Positions 60,729 through 64,000 of a DNA stretch of 64,000 nucleotides are shown one piece after another (the first letter of the stretch is position 1; the number at the start of each line of letters is the position of its first letter). Location: contig QHXX01000023.1 in assembly GCA_003223135.1 (NCBI GenBank), positions 64,120-128,119 on the forward strand, given 5' to 3'. The notes beneath the pieces are model-generated. The model ran no database searches, was not told the origin of the DNA, and saw only the letters and a list, made by a program, of their open reading frames with translations. Position numbers and translations under genes: made by a program. This stretch comes from Acidobacteriota bacterium. Its GTDB lineage: Bacteria; Acidobacteriota; Polarisedimenticolia; Gp22-AA2.

Positions 60729-62087
60729 CTAGCGCGTGCCCTCGGCGGGGGACGCGGAAGGGTCGGCGGGATCGAGGCGGCCGGAGGCGGTCGGGACGGC
60801 GGCGGAAGAAGAGTCGGCCGTCTCCGCCGTCATGCCGCTCCAGATCTCATCGCCGAACGGCGCGTCGAAGCGTACGTCCGAGTACTCGACGATCGCTTCG
60901 AGGGGCCCGATCAAGCCGGTCACGTCCGAGGCGTGCACCGTGCGGCGGGTCGGGACACGCACGGCGCCGTACGTCTTGTGGTCGGTAAAGAGCGACACCC
61001 AGTAGGTGCGGTCCCCGCCGCGGTAGGAATGGATCCGATCGATGAGGTGGTTCACCCGGCTCACGTAGATGTCGTGCCAGTCGTCCTTCCGGGCTGCGTC
61101 TTTCGCGTCGAAGGTCAGGCGGACGACATCGCACAGGTCGGACGGCACGCGGCTGGCCGTCGGTGGCGTCCTCTCGCCGAGGTACTGCAGGCGCGATTCG
61201 GCGGCGAGCAGATTCCAGGGCAGGAGAAAGGACCAGCGGGCGATTCGCATGAACGCCCGGGGAAACTCGAGCTGCGCGGGGTCGGTCACGGTCACGCCCG
61301 CGCGCACGACCTCGATCCGGCCGCCCGCGACGCGCACGATCTGCGGCGCCGTCTCGTCAAGGTCCTGGGCGAACGACCGGTCGCCGGGTCCGAGGTCGAG
61401 CCGGTGGACCTGGCGCGCGTTCGCCTGCGGCTCCTTCTGCCCGCCATAGAACTGCAGACGGTAGACGTATTCGACGTTGTGATGGGCGCTCCAGACACCG
61501 TATGGCCCGTAGGCCTGGAACAGGGCCAGGACGACGCCCTTCGCCTGCGGGTCGGCGATCGCCTCCAGGCGTTCGACCACCGGATCGGGCCTGTTCTCTC
61601 CGCATCCCCAGGCCGCGACGACGTTGAGGAGCGTCGGGAGGAGCAGGATGACGACCAGCGCGCGCGGACCTCCGCCGGCGGGCTCTCGACGCCGGGCGTT
61701 TTCTCCCGGCCTGCGGCAGGCGGCGTCGCGGCACGACAGGCGGTACCGTCGAGCCGCTATATATCGATAGACGCGGTCCATCACGAAGGGCACCCCGGGT
61801 ATCTTGTACGCGGCCGCCACCCACGAGAGCCCATCCAGGACGCGGAACAGCACACGCCATCCCTCCGCCCCCTTGTGCACCGATCCGTCGGGAGCGTAGA
61901 CCCACATCTGGCGCATCGCATCCGCGCGATCGAGACCGGGGAAACGCGACGCGGCCGCCGGGTCGTGGACCGACAGCCACTCGACCACGCCCTCCGGGTC
62001 GCGGACCATCATGCGGTCGCGCCAGCGGGTGCAGAACTGGCAGTCGCCGTCGTACAGCGCGACGTAACGGGCCGGGGCGGCGCTCAT
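60729..62087 (-). CDS. DCC-family thiol-disulfide oxidoreductase (DUF393) domain fused to a TM segment and an uncharacterised ~300-aa C-terminal domain
   Basis: N-terminal YDGDCQFC motif and ~120-aa DUF393 region; hydrophobic segment ALVVILLLPTLLNVVAAW; remainder without recognisable family. Confidence 0.65.
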   Translation of the reverse strand: MSAAPARYVALYDGDCQFCTRWRDRMMVRDPEGVVEWLSVHDPAAASRFPGLDRADAMRQMWVYAPDGSVHKGAEGWRVLFRVLDGLSWVAAAYKIPGVPFVMDRVYRYIAARRYRLSCRDAACRRPGENARRREPAGGGPRALVVILLLPTLLNVVAAWGCGENRPDPVVERLEAIADPQAKGVVLALFQAYGPYGVWSAHHNVEYVYRLQFYGGQKEPQANARQVHRLDLGPGDRSFAQDLDETAPQIVRVAGGRIEVVRAGVTVTDPAQLEFPRAFMRIARWSFLLPWNLLAAESRLQYLGERTPPTASRVPSDLCDVVRLTFDAKDAARKDDWHDIYVSRVNHLIDRIHSYRGGDRTYWVSLFTDHKTYGAVRVPTRRTVHASDVTGLIGPLEAIVEYSDVRFDAPFGDEIWSGMTAETADSSSAAVPTASGRLDPADPSASPAEGTR

Positions 62088-63031
62088 GGCGCGTCGGCCC
62101 GTCCCGGCGACGCCGGGCCCGCGCCCTGGCTTGTGGCCGGCTTCGAGTTGGGATTCGGACCGAGCCAGGTCACGGCACCCTCCGCATCGATGCGGAACAT
62201 GAAGCGCGGTGTCAGGACCAGGAGCGGCGCCAGGACGCGGTGGCGCAGCACCAGCGCCACGTCGGTTGGAGCCGGCAGGTCTCTTTGATCGTGCTCGTGC
62301 AGAAGCGGCGTGCCGGGCGCTCGTGGCTGCAGCGACATGGAGGTATTGCGGTCGTGCAGCTTCTCCACCGAGAGAACCTGCCGGCCACTCGCCGCGATCC
62401 GGACCATGAAGTCGCGTCCGAACAGCACGCTTCCCCCCATCCCCGCCGCCACATCCCGTTCGCTCCCCTCCTTCTGCTGGGAGATGACGTACACGGTGAA
62501 CGTGGCGTCCTTCTCCCGCACGACCGCCTCCAGCAACGGCCGTCCCCCCTCCGGGCGGCCGATGGTCGCGATCTCTGCCTGTTCCAGAGAGCGGACGTAG
62601 GACTGAATGGTCGCCGAGGCCGCGCGCGGCGGGCTGGCGAGCCCCAGCGTCCCGAGCTGTCCGGCGTCCGGGCTGAACGTGGTCTCGGCGACGATCGAGA
62701 GTCCCTTGCGGACCATGCCGGACGCGGCGAGGTCCCTCGAGGAGTCACCCACGTAGATGACCCGCCAACCTTCACGATCCGGGATGACGACCGTCCGGTC
62801 CGACGGAGCGGCGCCGCTTCCCTGCGCCTTCAGGAGATCGGCCGCCTTGTCCACGGCCTGCAGATACAGGGCGATCAGACGGCCACGCTCCTGCAGGGAT
62901 GCGAGCGCCTCCGCCGGCGGCCGATCGTTCTGCGCCGCGAGCGGCGTCAGCGCGGCGGCCAGGCAGAGACATCGGAGGGACGCGCGGCCCGCGGCGGCCC
63001 AATCGAACCCACCTCTCGGCGTCATCGCCAT
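62084..63031 (-). CDS. secreted hypothetical protein
   Basis: Internal ATG (MAMTPRGG...) with AGGGAGG SD; signal peptide LRCLCLAAALTPLAAQ; ATGA-coupled to DCC gene. Confidence 0.5.
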   Translation of the reverse strand: MAMTPRGGFDWAAAGRASLRCLCLAAALTPLAAQNDRPPAEALASLQERGRLIALYLQAVDKAADLLKAQGSGAAPSDRTVVIPDREGWRVIYVGDSSRDLAASGMVRKGLSIVAETTFSPDAGQLGTLGLASPPRAASATIQSYVRSLEQAEIATIGRPEGGRPLLEAVVREKDATFTVYVISQQKEGSERDVAAGMGGSVLFGRDFMVRIAASGRQVLSVEKLHDRNTSMSLQPRAPGTPLLHEHDQRDLPAPTDVALVLRHRVLAPLLVLTPRFMFRIDAEGAVTWLGPNPNSKPATSQGAGPASPGRADAP

Positions 63032-63168
63032 GCCTCGAACCTCCCTTGCGATGAGTTCCAGTCTACACCAGCCCATACCCGCCGAAACGAAAGGCCGCCG
63101 CGCGCTTGAAGGACCCGTTTCGATCCCGTATCATGGCCGGTCCCGAACGATTTTCAAGGGAAACGGGT

Positions 63169-64000
63169 GATGGCGACGAACCTTGCGGTCGATCTCAGGG
63201 CGCTCATCGCGGGGCAGGTGCTGGACGACCCTGCCGCACGCGCCGACAGGAGCAGCGACTTCGGCAGGATGATCCACCGCCTCCCGGGCGTGGTCGTCCG
63301 GCCGGCGTCGACCCAGGACGTTGCGACGGTCATCGGGTACGCCCGCAAGAACGCCGTGGCGGTCGCCCTACGCGGCGAGGCGCACACCCAGAGTGGCCAG
63401 GCGACCGTCGCCGACGGCATCCTCATCGACCTGACCTCCCTCGATCGCATCCTCGAGATCGACCCGTCCGGACTCTCCGCCGATTGCCAGGCCGGCGTGA
63501 AGTGGGAGACCCTCGTCCGGCAAAGTATTCAGCAGGCGGTCGTGCCGCCGGTCCTCACCAACAACCTGGGGGTCACGATCGGCGGGACGCTGTCGGTCGC
63601 CGGCCTCGGCGTGGCGTCCTTCCGGTACGGCGCCCAGGGAGACAACGTCACCGAGCTCGAGGTCGTGACGGGCACAGGGGACGTCGTCGTCTGCTCCGAG
63701 GTGAAGGCCAGGGAGGTGTTCGACGCCGTGCGCTCGACGCTCGGCCAGTTCGGCGTGATCACCCGCGCCCGGCTGAAGCTTCGCCGCTGCAAGCCGAAGA
63801 CGCGCACTTACTTCCTGCTCTACGACGACCTGGGCGCCGTCATGCGCGACGCGCAGGCGGTCATCGAGAGGGACCGCGTGGATTACCTCGAGTCGACATG
63901 CGTCCCGTGCCCGCAGGGGTTCCGGAGCGCGGGAGCGATCAAGGAGGCGTTCGCCGCCTGGTTCTTCCCTCTACAGCTCACCGTCGAGTTCGACCCTCAG
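63169..64000 (+). CDS. FAD-linked oxidase (PCMH-type FAD-binding domain), 3' end beyond window
   Basis: Open frame to window end; FAD-binding PCMH motifs (RPASTQDVATVIGYARKNAVAVALRGEAHTQSGQ, TNNLGVTIGGTLSVAGLG). Confidence 0.75.

Noticed and set aside
60450-60730. tmRNA / SRP RNA / RNase P RNA / 6S RNA as explanation for the structured region
   Set aside because: No tRNA-like 3' end or ...AA tag ORF (tmRNA), no GGAA-tetraloop/AGCAGCC domain IV (SRP), no P4 AGGAAAGUCCGGGC (RNase P); left as an unknown element

Overview
High-GC (~68%) bacterial chromosomal window; gene content and codon bias are consistent with an Acidobacteria- or deltaproteobacteria-like soil organism, with no rRNA and no recognisable mobile element. 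It is densely coding with many 4-bp ATGA/TGATG start-stop overlaps. Feature coordinates are derived from the ORF-table translations; my direct reading of the raw sequence disagreed with the table by one base around 3180 and 34380 (and 55091-55104), so hand-read coordinates elsewhere may carry a ±1 error; coordinates taken from the ORF table are authoritative. Main content, 5' to 3': (1) a conserved housekeeping block ftsH(partial)-folP-cdaA-cdaR-glmM-pdxJ, followed by two TPP-dependent 2-oxoacid dehydrogenase E1 genes (an E1alpha-like gene and an E1 alpha/beta fusion), a TPR protein and a secreted VWA protein. (2) A Mut7-C nuclease-domain gene, a sigma70-like promoter and a tRNA-Val(TAC)/tRNA-Asp(GTC) pair. 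(3) Directly after the tRNAs, a 3'-truncated crotonase-fold gene collides with the 3' end of a large secreted M1 metallopeptidase::nitrilase (carbon-nitrogen hydrolase) fusion gene whose reading frame has no stop until inside tRNA-Asp. (4) A cysH-sir assimilatory sulfate-reduction pair preceded by a strong intrinsic terminator. (5) A tricorn-protease homologue and a TerB-like protein. (6) Two RND efflux loci: an MdtABC-like MFP-RND-RND operon on the minus strand, and a TetR-OMF-MFP-RND operon with a clear promoter/operator on the plus strand. (7) DUF1343/NamZ-like, MscS, ornithine cyclodeaminase, ornithine aminotransferase, an RlmN-like radical-SAM enzyme, mmsA, an acyl-CoA dehydrogenase, VOC and ALDH genes, a 2-TM ion channel, ICMT, a disrupted DUF486 gene, chrA, SWIB and Yip1-like genes. 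(8) A minus-strand cluster: M20 peptidase, class-III aminotransferase, then a 19-aa sORF with a perfect SD and a structured, terminator-capped ~250-nt region, then a DCC(DUF393)-domain fusion protein and a secreted hypothetical. Most interesting observations: the M1-peptidase::nitrilase fusion; a two-copy ~350-420-bp intergenic repeat (upstream of the tricorn gene and of tetR) whose first block carries a compensatory base-pair change supporting a conserved RNA stem; and the sORF/structured-RNA element downstream of the DCC gene.
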